Positions 1 through 14,200 are shown, counted from the first letter of the stretch. The stretch: DNA of 64,000 nt from Mobula hypostoma (GCF_963921235.1 NC_086101.1:16058001-16122000), one strand, 5' to 3'. Notes: generated by a model not told the origin, from the letters alone. Translations and numbers: made by a program.

Positions 1-47
1 TGGAACCACACAGAACCGAGTCACAGAGATAGTCACCGACGCGCGTG

Positions 48-72
<25 letters not shown>
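48..72. repeat. (CA)n microsatellite
   Basis: Direct dinucleotide run. Confidence 0.95.
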
Positions 73-79
<7 letters not shown>

Positions 80-189
80 AATAGACATGTGCACAGACAC
101 ATAATATAATGCAGTATCCTATCGCATTATAATATTAATGAATATAAGAATAATATGTATATATAATAATATCATATATATTATTTGCA

Positions 190-630
190 CCGTTGCTCCC
201 TACTGACAGGAAAAGGATAAAGGCGGGTTATTGGCACCTTAAAACCTGTTGCTTCGGGCGGATGGAGCTCGCCAGCCATGGTTCGCAGCTCATCCAGGAA
301 AAAGTAAAACTCTGATCTGAAACCTCCGCTGCCTTGCAGCTCTACCCGCTCATGGGGAAGGCTTCGGGCGTAAACCCAGGGGAAAAATCCTGAGTTGGAT
401 TCCCTAAGGCAGTCCTCCATCGAGCTGACAGATTTCTGGTGCCAAACTGAGTTCAATGCTGACTGGTAGATCTGGCGACACTTCTGGTATCGGTCTCTAC
501 CGTTCCTTTGGGTTCAACAGATGCATGGAGAGGGGGGGGGAACTTGCTCTCCACATCATACTGCCCTGGCTTGCTGATCTAGATGCAATATCCATGACAA
601 ATTTTGTCCGGCGGAGGCCTCAACACAACT
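190..630. mobile_element. Interspersed repeat resembling the 5' region of RTE-clade retroposons
   Basis: Motif run aaaactctgatctgaaacctccgctgccttgc..catggggaaggcttcgggcgtaaaccc, which I recall from RTE 5' UTRs. No coding support. Confidence 0.4.
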
Positions 631-1949
631 CAAAGTCCATCCCAAAGGGGGATGCAGAGGGGCAGATTTCCTCTCATGCAGATGGACATTTGGGCACTTC
701 AGACCCGAGGAAGGGTCTCCATCTGTGACGCTGACTGCCCATTTCCCTCCACAGGTTCAACCTGACCCAGTGAGGGGTCCTTCAGCACCTTTGTGTGGTG
801 TTGGGTTTTCCCGAGCATAGCGCAACACTGACCCCTGCTGGCCGGCACCCTTTCACTGCAACTCTGTCCTCTACTGACGGACCAGAGGGAAGAAAAGCAC
901 ATCTCACTTTGTCTCTTTTCAAGGTTTAACAGTCCAAAGTACATTATTATTATCACAGTATATATACCATATGCAACCCTGAGATGGAGATTGTTGCAGA
1001 TAGCCGCAAAATAAGAAAAGCACAGTAGAATACACGATTTTAAAAAGAACCCACACAACCAAGACATTCAAATATCCAATGTGCGAAAAAAGAACAAATT
1101 GTGCAAACAATTAAAAGTAAACAAGTAACAGATAGAACATGAACCGCAGGGTCCCCGAAAGTGAGTACGCAGCCACAGAGCCAGTTGTGTGCTGAGAACC
1201 TCACGGAGTAGTGAGCTGAACACTGGTTTGTTCTTTACCCTCGGCCTTGACACCTTAAACCTGTTGCAATGCAACATGGCGAATGAGGCGAACCCAAGTG
1301 CAGGACACAAGCACGGAGATTGAGGATGCTTACACTGGCATAAACGCTGAACAGCGAACAGGAGGGATCTTGACACGAAGCCCTGATATGGAGCCTTGAC
1401 ACGGGGTCTTGATACGGAGCCTTGATTCAGAGACTTGACATGGAGTCTCATAGGTAAACCTTGAAACTGGAGATAAACTTAGAACAAACAGTTCTAAGCG
1501 GATGGGAAACATTAGTTATCACACAGAAAAAAGGCCAACGATCTGGAAACTAGGGTTTGTAACGCCGAGGTTCTTATACTGTAGGTCTTGATGGAGACTA
1601 AGTGTGCCGTCATCAAAGAAAATTAGAAGCCATTGGGAAATTAATGGTCGGAACTGTGGCACAATCGAAGGAAATTACAGGAAACTAGGGAACAAATGAT
1701 CAGGACCGTGACATAATCTTTTTAATCAGGTTCGGCGCTTAAATCGGCTAAATAATGTTTTTTTTTCGCTCTTGGGCCTGAAGTCTGCTCCAGCCATGGC
1801 TGCTGCAATCGTACCTGCATTCCTGAGAGTCCATTCTGCTGAATCCTTCAGGATACCGCAGAAATGCTACAGATGGTACAGTGCACAGGAGATAGATACA
1901 GCAGCTAGTTGCGTAGTGTCATACCAACAACCTGGCACTCAAACTTCAG

Positions 1950-2207
1950 TAAGACAGAAGGGCTGATTGTGGACTTCAGGAAGGGTAAAGTGAGGGATCA
2001 CAAACCAATCCTCATAGAGGGATCGTAAGTGGGGAGAGTGAGCAATTTCAAGTTCCAATGTGTGAAGATGTCAGAACATCTAACTTAGTCCAGACATATC
2101 GATGCAGCTATAAGGAAGGCAACACAACGGATATATTTCATTAGGAGTTTGAAAAGATTTGGTTTGTGAACTAAAACACTCAAAAACTTCTATAGTTCAC
2201 TGCGGGG
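1950..2207 (+). mobile_element. Rex1/Babar-like LINE RT fragment, cut by the LTR at 2208
   Basis: Degenerate ..LIVDFRK.. region of RT. The same family recurs at 57-60 kb. Confidence 0.65.
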
Positions 2208-2385
2208 TGTTATGTAACCGGCAACAATGAATATCAGTCGAGACAAGTTATATAAAAACAACCAAACATTTATTAAACACGGATAAACGATTAAAAAAAA
2301 ACAAAGAAAACCCTTAACCGGAAGTTAACCGCTATGCTGCTGTTCAACAAATTGTCACTAGGCAATGGTTCTTAAAGCGTTAAAT

Positions 2386-2824
2386 CCGATGACACAAAGC
2401 TGGGTAGCAGTGTGCAATGTGAGGAGGATGTTATGAAAATGCAGGGTGACTTGGACAGGCTGGGTGAGTGGGCAGATGTAGGGCAGATGCAGTTTAATGT
2501 GGATAAATGTGAGGTTATCCACTTTGGTAGTAAGAACGGGAAGGCAAATTATTATCTAAATGGAGTCAAATTAGGAAAAGGGGAAACACAAGAGATCTAG
2601 GTGTTCTTGTACATCAGTCACTGAAAGCAAACATGCAAGTACAGCAGGCAGTGAAGAAAGCTAATGGCATGCTGGCCTTCATAACAAGGGGAATTGAATA
2701 TAGGAGCAAAGAGGTCCTTCTGCAGTTGTACAAGGCAGGAACTGGATGATCATCCATGATCACAGTGAATGGCTGTGCTGGCTTGAAGGGCCGAATGGCC
2801 TACTCCTGCACGTATTGTCTATTG
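2386..2824 (+). mobile_element. 5'-truncated, internally deleted CR1 3' fragment inserted in the 3' LTR of element 1
   Basis: DDTKLG..QFNVDKCEVIHFG followed by the CR1 3' UTR. Interrupts the LTR relative to the other LTR copy. Confidence 0.85.
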
Positions 2825-5800
2825 AAAACCGTTCTTAAAGCGGTAAAGTCAGATATAGTTCTTAAAATGGTAAATTTGAAAGTCCAACAGATTTATACGT
2901 TCAATTGGGAGAGCCTTCTCCGGAGAAGGATTTCTTCATAGACGCGACTTTCTTGCTGGCTCTGTCCAAAGGATTCACGATGCAGTAAATAAACAGTTTA
3001 AAACATCTGACCTTAAATTCTAGAGAGAGCAAACCTTGCATGAACTCTTTGCTCTTTTGGCAAGAGTTATCTTTGATCCAGGTCACTACTCCTCCAAAGA
3101 AGACTCAATAAGGTCGATTCCTTGTTAAACTGCTGAACGATGCCAACTCCTCTCAATCCTTCGGCTCCTGTACTTTGATAAAGTCTTCACTCCCCACTAC
3201 TACTGCTGGAATAGGGTACATCAACACATCTAGCAAAAACTTCGATCCAGCAATATTGTATCTTGCAACAGAACATAATAACCATTTTAAAAATGAAACT
3301 GCGTCATAAAAATAAATACGCAACAGAGACGGAGACACAGTACGTTCTAGCTGGAAATCTAAAAACTAAAAACTAACTGCGTCATCTGGGGTCTTCCCTT
3401 GCATACCCGTGGTGCACGTCATCACGTGACCTCACATCGGCGGGAAAATTACATCAGGTGACCTCCAAAAGACCATTACATCATTCTCACAAAAAAACAC
3501 ACAAATCTCCTTGAGGTATGTAACACCTCCCTCCAAAAAAAAGAATTTTTGGTCTCTTAAAGAACAAAATTTTAACAATTAACAATTTACAAAAAAAAAA
3601 TACAAAGGTATAAAATTTACAACATACACAATATACACAGTCTTATCTTTCAGCACTTTACAAACTAATATACAGTAGGAATGTTACCAATATTAGAATA
3701 CCACTCCATAAAAAAACAGATTTTCATTGTACATTTAACATCTAGATAAACAATCAGCAATCACATTATCTTTACCCTTAATATGAGTGATCAAAATATT
3801 GTACTCCTGTAACATTAGACTCCAATTTAATAATCTTCTATTTTTGTTTTTCATCTTACTCAAAAACAGTAACGGATTGTGATCGGTATAAACTGTGAGT
3901 GGTTTAGGAGTAGTACCAACATACACTTCAAAATGTTGTAAAGCTAAAGCAAGAGATACAATTCTTCTTCTATTGTTGACTAATTTCTTTAATGCGCATT
4001 AAATTTCTTAGAAAAATAAGCTACCGGACGATCAACTTCATCACCATCATCTCTTTGAAGTAACACTGTTCCTGCAGCTTCATCAGTAGCATCTACAGCT
4101 AACAAAAATAATTTTTCAAAGTCAGGAGGAGTACTTGTTGACTACATATTATAGTTTTCAATTTATCAAATGCCTCCTGACAAAACTCTGTCCAAACAAA
4201 CTTTTCATTTTTCTTCAAGAGATTAGTTAATGGAAGAGCAATGTTTGCAAAATCCTTACAAAATTTTCTGTAATATCCTACCATACCAAAGAATCTTCTG
4301 GAAGTTTTTCTACCAGTTGGAGTGGGTACTTCTAAAATTCCCTGAACTTTCGCTTGAACAGGTGCCAATTTCCCCTGACCCACAACATAACCAAGATAAG
4401 TCACTGTGGCATGACCAAATTTACTTTTAGCTAAGTTAATAGTTAAGTTGGCTTTTGAAAGTCTTTCAAATAGTTTCTCCACTGCAGTAATATGTGCTTT
4501 CCATGTATTATTTCCCGTAACTAAATCATCAATACAGGCATTTGTATCATTTAATCCCTGAATCACGCTATTAATCATCCTCTGAAAACGACCTGGTGCA
4601 TTCTTCATCCCAAATGGAAGAACATTACATTCATATAACCCAGATGGGGTTACAAATGCTGAAATCTCTCTACCTCTATCCATCAATGGAACACACCAAT
4701 AACCTTTTAGCAAATCAATTTTTGTAAGGAATTTGGCCTGTCCAACTTTATCCACACAATCATCTACTCTAGGGATTGGAAATGCATCAGTTTTTGTCAC
4801 AGCATTCACCTTTCTGTAATCTGTACAAAACCTAATACTATTGTCTGGCTTAGGCACCATAACACACAGTGAACTCCAATTCGAATTAGAATGTCTAATA
4901 TTATCATTCTCTAACATATACTTAATTTCTTGTTCAGCAAGTTCACATTTTTCCCTGTTCATTCGATACGGATATTGTTTTATAGGTTTTGCATCTCTAA
5001 CATCTACAGCAGGTGTAGCTACAGTGGTTCTTCTAGGGTCGTCTGGAAATAAATCTCTATATTTAAAAATTAACTGTTTCATCTGCTCTCTCTGCTCTGG
5101 CTGTAAATGAACTAATTTTCCATCAATATTTTCTAGAATTTTTGAATTTAGTAACCTGGCTGAAATAATGTTGGGTTTAAAATGAGTTTCAGATGAATCC
5201 TCTATTAAGTTTTTATCAAGATCAGACTGATTATTGATCACAACAGTCATAGTAGCAACTTCTCTCTCATAATACGGATTTATCATATTTATATGACACA
5301 GCTGTGTTGTCTTTCTCCGATCTGGGGTTTTTACCACGTAATCTACATCATTTACCTCAGATTTAATCTCATAAGGACCATGAAATTTAGCTTGTAATGG
5401 ATTCATTTGCACTGGGAAAAGATCTAACACTTTATCTACAGGCTTAAATGACCTTTTCCTAGCTTCCTTATCATACCAAGTCTTCATCTTCTCTTGAGCT
5501 AATTTTAAATTTTCCTTGGCTAAGCTACAAGCTTTATACAATCTTCCCTTAAATTTTAAAACCTAATCCAGCAAATTAGTGTGTACCTCTTTATTAATCC
5601 ACTGTTCCTTCAACAAGGCCAAAGGTCCTCGAACTCTATGCCCACACACAAGTTCAAAAGGACTAAAACCTAATGATTCCTGCACTGCCTCTCTTACTGC
5701 AAAAAGTAGTAAATGTATACCTCCATCCCAGTCCTTTTCATTTTCCACACAATATGTCCTAATCATAGTTTTTAGTGTAGAATGAAATCTCTTCAAGGCG

Positions 5801-8800
5801 TCTTGTGATTCTGGATGATAGGCTGAGGAAATAATCTGTTTTGCTCCCAGTTTATAAACTATCTGCTGAAACAACCCATACATAAAATTACTACCTTGAT
5901 CCGATTGTATTTCCTTAGGCAACCCGAAATAAGTAAAGAGTTTTATAAGAGCCTTTGGCACAGTCTTGGCTGTTATATTCCTAAGAGGTACTGCTTCTGG
6001 AAACCTAGATGCTGTGCACATAATAGTTAATAAATATTGATGTACAGTTTTAGTTTTTGTCAAAGGGCCTACACAGTCTACAATGAGTTTTGAGAATGGC
6101 TCACCAAATACTGGAATTGGTTGCAGTGAGGCCACTGGAGTAACCTGATTAGGTTTACCCACAATTTGACACGTATGACACGTTCTACAAAATGTCGCCA
6201 CATCTTGTCTTAAACTAGGCCAATAAAAATGTTTAGAAACTTCGTTCATAGCTTTGTTTACACCTAAATGACCACCCAAAGGAATACTATGAGCCATAGT
6301 TAAAATCGCATTTCGGTAAAAGTTGGGAACTACTACCTGATTATTAACTTCCCATTCCTCACTAGCAGGAATTGTAGGTGATCTCCACTTTCTCATTAAT
6401 ACCTCTTTTTCAAAATAATATCCTACTGGTACTTTTCCAATTTCATTATCTGGAAGAGCTTGTTCTTTTATTTAACTATCTCAGGATCTCTACCCTGCTC
6501 TGCTATCATCTCCTTCCGAGATAAAGACAAATCTTCTTGGTCAGACTTACCACCACAATACTGATCAAATAATGCAGGTAAGAAAGTTTCTGATACATAC
6601 TCAAAATTCGAAACTTGATTTGAATTGTTACGGGTAACAACCTCATCCTTTGCATCAGTCTTTTTAGCCATAGCTCTTGTTACAACACAGGAAGAATCTG
6701 TGTTAGAATCCCTCTGTGGTTCCTCAGAATTTGAATTTATTGTCAAATACACTTCAGGAAAAACTTGTCCACCTGCTAAATCATTCCCTAACAAAAGAGA
6801 AACATTATTCACAGGTAAACTGGATTGAAGTCCTACTTAAACAACTCCTGTAACTAATCCTGACCTTAAATTTACTCTGTGTAAATGTTCTGGCATAAGG
6901 GCACTCCCTACCCCTCTTATATAATTTACCTCAGCAATGTCAGACTCATCACTAAACCTTAGCACACTGTCTAATATTAGTGATGGAGAAGCTCCAGTAT
7001 CTCCAAGTATTCTTATTGGTACTGAATTGGATCTTTCTTTCAAGGATACGAATCCTTCTGTTATAAAAGTTTCATATCCCTTCTTAACTTGGTCAGACTC
7101 TGACACAGCTTCATTAGTATTTTCTGAACCCTGTGGTTTTACAGGTTTTCCAATATGCTGCACACAAGCATCTGGGGCCACTTCTTTCTCTTTCCGTTTC
7201 AATCGGAGGCAATTAGCTGCTACATGTCCAGGTTTCTTACAATAATTACAAATAATACCAAAATGTCTTTCCTTCACATGTCTCCCTTCATCCTTACTTT
7301 TCTCACTAACTTCAGATTTAATTTCTGGTTTACCTTGACTCTCTGTGCTAGTTTTCCTTTTAAAAATTTTACCTGGAGAAAATTTATTCTTGTGAATTAA
7401 AACATACTCATCAGCCAATTTAGCAATCTCCTGCAATGTAGCAGTGTCCCGTTCATTTAAGTATGTTCTCACTTCAACAGGAATGCTTCTTTTAAATTGC
7501 TCCTGCAAAATCAGCTCTTTCAATTTATTATACTTCCCATTCACATTTTTAGAGGAAACCCATCTCTCAAAACACAGAGATTTCTCATAGTTAAATTCCA
7601 TAAGTTTTTTCCACCAATTTCTTCAAACTTCTAAATCTTTCTCTATACGCTTCCGGAACCATCTCGTATGACTTCAATATTTGCTGCTTAACAATATAAT
7701 CCAGTGCTTGCTCAGCATTTAAAGCTGTACAGTATAAACTTGTTGTGCCTTGCCTTTAATTACACTTTGTAACATCACTGGCCATTGGTCTTTCGGCCAC
7801 TTTAAACTCGGAGCAACTGTTTTGAAATGTTGGAAATATGTGTCCACATCAGCTTCATTAAATGGAGGAGCCAAAATAACCTCACGACAAGCAATAAACT
7901 GTTTAGTAGAACCAGAAGACTGACTCCTGGACTTTAGTTTCTGCATCTCTAGCTCGAATTTCCTCTGGTTTTCAGCTTCTCTTTCTGCAAATTCCCCTTT
8001 TTTAAGGGCCTCTCTTTCTTCGAATTCCCTTATTTTATTAGCCTCTCTTTCGGCCATTTCCACTTTAAATCTTTCAAACTTTAACTGTTCAAGATGCAAC
8101 TGCATTTCCAGATTACTCATTGGAAACTTATCTAACACCTCCTGATCAAACAATTCCAAATTAATATAATGTTCAGCAATTTTTCTTTGTATGAAAGCCT
8201 TGGTGGAATTTTTCGTAATTCCTTTAATATCCAACTTCCTAGCAATCTCTAAAACCTCAGGTTTTCTCGCATTCTCTAAAGATCCCGAGTCAGGCGTCTT
8301 CAAAAACCCGTCAATATCCATTGCTGTCAAATACAACACACACACCAATCAAACCAAAAAAAATCGGGTATTCCCCTTATCCAAATCAAAATGGCAATTA
8401 CCAGCACTTAAAACTCAAAATCGGAACATTTCCTGGCCGAGCCCCCACAGTTTATGTTACGTATCAACAACAAGGAATATTAATCGAGACAGGTCATAGA
8501 AAAACAACCAAACATTTATTAAACACGGATAAACAATGAGGAAAAAAAAACAAACGAACCTTAACCGGATGTTAACAGGTATGCAGCCGTTCGCCAACTC
8601 GCCACTCGGCTCTGGTTCTTAAAGCGTTAAATGCGAAAACAGTTCTTAAAGCGATAAAGTCAGACATAGTTTTTAAAGCAATAACTTGGAAAGTCCAACA
8701 GATTTACACTTTCAATTGGGAGAGACTTCTCTGGAGAAGAATTTCTTCACAGACGCACCTTTACCGCTGGTTCTGTCCACAGGATTCACGATGCCGAAAA

Positions 8801-8824
8801 TAAACAGCCGTGAAAATAAATATA

Positions 8825-10320
8825 GTCGTGAGAGGCCCCTTGGGTAAGAGTGACCATAATATGGTGGAATTCTTCATTAAGATGGAGAGTGACATAGTTA
8901 ATTCAGAAACAAAGGTTCTGAACTTAAAGAGGGGTAACTTTGAAGGTATGAGACGTGAATTAGCTAAGACAGACTGGCAAATGACACTTAAAGGATTGAC
9001 GGTGGATATGCAATGGCAAGCATTTAAAGGTTGCATGGATGAACTACAACAATTGTTCATCCCAGTTTGGCAAAAGAATAAATCAAGGAAGGTAGTGCAC
9101 CCGTGGCTGACAAGAGAAATTAGGGATAGTATCAATTCCAAAGAAGAAGCATACAAATTAGCCAGAGAAAGTGGCTCACCTGAGGACTGGGAGAAATTCA
9201 GAGTTCAGCAGAGGAGGACAAAGGGCTTAATTAGGAAGGGGAAAAAAGAGTATGAGAGAAAACTGGCAAGAAACATAAAAACGGACTGTAAAAGCTTTTA
9301 TAGATATGTAAAAAGGAAAAGACTGGTAAAGACAAATGTAGGTCCCCTGCAGACAGAAACAGGTGAATTGATTATGGGGAGCAAGGACATGGCAGACCAA
9401 TTGAATAATTACTTTGGTTCTGTCTTCACTAAGGAGGACATAAATAATCTTCCAGAAATAGTAAGTGACAGAGGGTCCAGTGAGATGGAGGAACTGAGCA
9501 AAATACAAGTTAGTAGGGAACTGGTGTTAGGTAAATTGAAGGGATTGAAGGCAGATTATTATCTGAATGGTGGCCGATTAGGAAAAGGGGAGGTGCAACG
9601 AGACCTGGGTGTCATTATACACCAGTCATTGAAAGTGGGCATGCAGGTACAACAGGCGGTGAAAAAGGTGAATGGTATGCTGGCATTTATAGCGAGAGGA
9701 TTCGAGTACAGGAGCAGGGAGGTACTACTGCAGTTGTACAAGGCCTTGGTGAGACCACACCTGGAGTATTGTGTGCAGTTTTGGTCCCCTAATCTGAGGA
9801 AAGACATCTTTGCCATAGAGGGAGTACAAAGAAGGTTCACCAGATTGATTCCTGGGATGGCAGGACTTTCATATGAAGAAAGACTGGATGAACTGGGCTT
9901 GTACTCGTTGGAATTTAGAAGATTGAGGGGGGATCTGATTGAAACGTATAAAATTCTAAAGGGATTGGACAGGCTAGATGCAGGAAGATTGTTCCCGATG
10001 TTGGGGAAGTCCAGAACGAGGGGTCACAGTTTGAGGATAGAGGGGAAGCCTTTTAGGACTGAGATTAGGAAAAACTTCTTCACACAGAGAGTGGTGAATC
10101 TGTGGAATTCTCTGCCACATGAAACAGTTGAGGCCAGTTCATTGGCTATATTTAAGAGGGAGTTAGATATGGCCCTTGTGTCTACGGGGATCAGGGGGTA
10201 TGGAGGGAAGGCTGGGGCGGGGTTCTGAGTTGGATGATCAGCCATGATCATAATAAATGGCGGTGCAGGCTCGAAGGGCCGAATGGCCTACTTCTGCACC
10301 TATTTTCTATGTTTCTATGT
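8825..10320 (+). mobile_element. Young CR1 LINE copy with an in-frame internal deletion, inserted in the 5' LTR of element 1
   Basis: Nearly identical to 12060-14370 but jumps from LKGLKAD to YYLNGG at the microhomology cagat. Ends in a (tttctatg)n tail. Confidence 0.92.
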
Positions 10321-11238
10321 TTAAATCAACTGACTTTAAATTCCTTTAGAGAGAGAGACAGAGAGCACCTTTTTGCATGAACTCCTTGCTCTGTTTGGCA
10401 AGAGTTATCCTCGATGCAGGTTGCTACTCCAACGAAAACTCAATAAGGTCGGTCCTTATTAACTGCCAAACGATGCCGACTTCTCTCGATCCCTCGATCG
10501 TGTACTTCGATAAATTCTTCACTCTCCCTTCTAATGTTGGAATTGGATAAATCAACACATCTAGCAAAAATTTCCAGTCCACACAACCGTTTTAAAAATT
10601 AAACTGCGTCACGAAACACAAACACGCAACAGAAACGGAGATACATCACGTTCTACCAGGAAATCTACAAACTAAAAAAAAACCCTGCTTCACCTGGGTC
10701 GAACCTTATATAGTCATGAGTCACATATCATCACATGACCTCACATCAGCGGGAAAATCACATCAGGTGACCTCCAAAAGACTATTATATCATTCTCACA
10801 AAAAACCACATCTCCTTGAGCATGTAACATACTCAATTCCCCTTGTTATGAAGGCCAGCATGCAATTAGCTTTCTTCGCTGCCTGCTGTACTTGCATGCT
10901 TGCTTTCAGTGACTGATGTACAAGAACACCGAGATCTCGTTGTGCTTCCCCTTTTCCTAACTTGACTCCATTTAGATAATAATCTGCCTTCCCGTTCTTA
11001 CCACCAAAGTGGATAACATCACATTTATCCACATTAAACTGCATCTGTCATGCATCTGCCCACTCACCCAGCCTGTCCAAGTCACCCTGCATTCTCATGA
11101 CATCCTCCTCACATTTCACACTGCCACCCAGCTTTGTGTCATCGGCAAATTTGCTAATGTTACTTTTAATTCCCTCATCTAAATCATTAATATATATTGT
11201 AAACAGCTGCGGTCCCAGCACTGAACCCTGTGGTACCC

Positions 11239-14200
11239 TAGAATGGTTGGGGGGTGGGAATCAAATTAAAGAGGCTAGGCGAGAGGAGGTTAGTTCACAA
11301 CAGGGGGATGGGAACGAGTGCAGAGAGACAGAGGGGTGTAAAGTGAGGGTGGAAGCAAAAAGTACTAAGGAGAAAAGTAAATGTGGCAGGCCGACAAATC
11401 CAGGGCAAGCATTAAAAAGGGCCACTTTTCAACATAATTGTATAAGGGCTAAGAGAGTTCTAAAAGAGCACCTGAAGGCTTTGTGTGTCAATGCAAGGAG
11501 CATTCATAATAAGGTGGATGAATTGAAAGTGCAGATTGTTATTAATGATTATGATATAGTTGGGATCACAGAGACATGGCTCCAGGGTGACCAAGGATGG
11601 GAGCTCAACATTCAGGAATATTCAATATTCAGGAGGGATAGACATGAAGGAAGGGGAGGTGGGGGGGGCGTTGCTGGTTAAAGGAGAGATTAACGCAATA
11701 GAAAGGAAGGACATAAGCCGGGAAGATGTGGAATCGATATGGGTAGAGCTGCATAACACTAAGGGGCAGAAAACGCTGGTGGGAGTTGTGTACAGGCCAC
11801 CTAACAGTAGTAGTGAGGTCGGAGATGGTATTAAACAGGAAATTAGAAATGTGTGCAATAAAGGAACAGCAGTTATAATGGGTGACTTCAATCTACATGT
11901 AGATTGGGTGAACCAAATTGGTAAAGGTGCTGAGGAAGAGGATTTCTTGGAATGTATGCGGGATGGTTTTTTGAACCAACATGTCGAGGAACCAACTAGA
12001 GAACAGGCTATTCTAGACTGGGTTTTGAGCAATGAGGAAGGGTTAATTAGCAATCTTGTCGTGAGAGGCCCCTTGGGTAAGAGTGACCATAATATGGTGG
12101 AATTCTTCATTAAGATGGAGAGTGACATAGTTAATTCAGAAACAAAGGTTCTGAACTTAAAGAGGGGTAACTTTGAAGGTATGAGACGTGAATTGGCTAA
12201 GATAGACTGGCAAATGACACTTAAAGGATTGACGGTGGATATGCAATGGCAAGCATTTAAAGATTGCATGGATGAACTACAACAATTGTTCATCCCAGTT
12301 TGGCAAAAGAATAAATCAAGGAAGGTAGTGCACCCGTGGCTGACACGAGAAATTAGGGATAGTATCAATTCCAAAGAAGAAGCATACAAATTAGCCAGAA
12401 AAAGTGGCTCACCTGAGGACTGGGCGAAATTCAGAGTTCAGCAGAGGAGGACAAAGTGCTTGATTAGGAAGGGGAAAAAAGATTATGAGAGAAAACTGGC
12501 AGGGAACATAAAAACTGACTGTAAAAGCTTTTATAGATATGTAAAAAGGAAAAGACTGGTAAAGACAAATGTAGGTCCCCTACAGACAGAAACAGGTGAA
12601 TTGATTATGGGGAGTAAGGACATGGCAGACCATTTGAATAATTACTTTGGTTCTGTCTTCACTAAGGAGGACATAAATAATCTTCCAGAAATAGTAGGGG
12701 ACAGAGGGTCCAGTGAGGTGGAGGAACTGAGTGAAATACAGGTTAGTAGGGAAGTGGTGTTAGGTAAATTGAAGGGATTGAAGGCAGATAAATCCCCAGG
12801 GCCAGATGGTCTGCATCCCAGAGTGCTTAAGGAAGTAGCCCAAGAAATAGTGGATGCATTAGTGATAATTTTTCAAAACTCGTTAGATTCTGGACTAGTT
12901 CCTGAGGATTGGAGGGTGGCTAATGTAACACCACTTTTTAAAAAAGGAGGGAGAGAGAAACCGGGGAATTATAGACCAGTTAGCCTAACGTCGGTGGTGG
13001 GGAAACTGCTGGAGTCAGTTATCAAAGATGTGATAACAGCACATTTGGAAAGCGGTGAAATCATCGGACAAAGTCAGCATGGATTTGTGAAAGGAAAATC
13101 ATGTCTGACGAATCTCATAGAATTTTTTGAGGATGTAACTGGTAGAGTGGATATGGGAGAGCCAGTGGATGTGGTTTATTTGGATTTTCAAAAGGCTTTT
13201 GACAAGGTCCCACACAGGAGATTAGTGTGCAAACTTAAAGCACATGGTATTGGGGGTAAGGTATTGATGTGGATAGAGAATTGGTTAGCAGACAGGAAGC
13301 AAAGTGTGGGAATAAACGGGACCTTTTCAGAATGGCAGGCAGTGACTAGTGGGGTACCGCAAGGCTCAGTGCTGGGACCCCAGTTGTTTACAATATATAT
13401 TAATGACTTGGATGAGGGAATTAAATGCAGCATCTCCAAGTTTGCAGATGACACGAAGCTGGGTGGCAGTGTTAGCTGTGAGGAGGATGCTAAGAGGATG
13501 CAGGGTGACTTGGATAGGTTGGGTGAGTGGGCAAATTCATGGCAGATGCAATTTAATGTGGATAAATGTGAAGTTATCCACTTTGGTGGCAAAAATAGGA
13601 AAACAGATTATTATCTGAATGGTGCCAGATTAGGAAAAGGGGAGGTGCAATGAGACCTGGGTGTCATTATACACCAGTCATTGAAAGTGGGCATGCAGGT
13701 ACAGCAAGCGGTGAAAAAGGCGAATGGTATGCTGGCATTTATGGCGAGAGGATTCGAGTACAGGAGCAGGGAGGTACTACTGCAGTTGTACAAGGCCTTG
13801 GTGAGACCACACCTGGAGTATTGTGTGCAGTTTTGGTCCCCTAATCTGAGGAAAGACATCCTTGCCATAGAGGGAGTACAAAGAAGGTTCACCAGATTGA
13901 TTCCTGGGATGGCAGGACTTTCATATGAAGAAAGACTGGATGAACTGGGCTTGTACTCATTGGAATTTAGAAGATTGAGAGGGGATCTGATTGAAACGTA
14001 TAAAATTCTAAAGGGATTGGACAGACTAGATGCAGGAAGATTGTTCCCGATGTTGGGGAAGTCCAGAACGAGGGGTCACAGTTTGAGGATAAAGGGGAAG
14101 CCTTTTAGGACTGAGATTAGGAAAAACTTCTTCACACAGAGAGTGGTGAATCTGTGGAATTCTCTGCCACAAGAAACAGTTGAGGCCAGTTCATTGGCTA

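Larger units (their letters stand above)
2208..10829 (-). mobile_element. Gmr1-like Ty3/Gypsy LTR retrotransposon (element 1), order gag(SCAN-like, CCHC)-PR-INT-RT-RH
   Basis: LTRs 2208-3525 and 8455-10829 (tgtta..taaca). tRNA-Pro-type PBS tgggggctcggccagga at about 8432-8448. PPT tggagggagg at 3526-3535. gag 8348-7719 and 7601-6837 (CNYCKKPGHVAANC, DTGAS), integrase 6396-5563 (HSIPLGGHLG, CRTC, VDCVG, SDQGSNF, YHPES), RT 5541-4099 (FCTDYRKVN, IDLLKGYW, LPFG), RNase H to 3735. Frameshifted. Confidence 0.93.

Noticed and set aside
1365-1445. Short direct repeats cttgacacggagc that look like an array
   Set aside because: About 13-bp units with no unique spacers, in eukaryotic repeat context; a simple tandem repeat, not CRISPR.
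11622-12389. Long minus-strand ORFs opposite CR1 ORF2 (also 8761-9156, 13188-13592, 24260-24868, 25929-26333)
   Set aside because: Antisense shadows of LINE coding sequence, repeated identically in each copy; not host genes.
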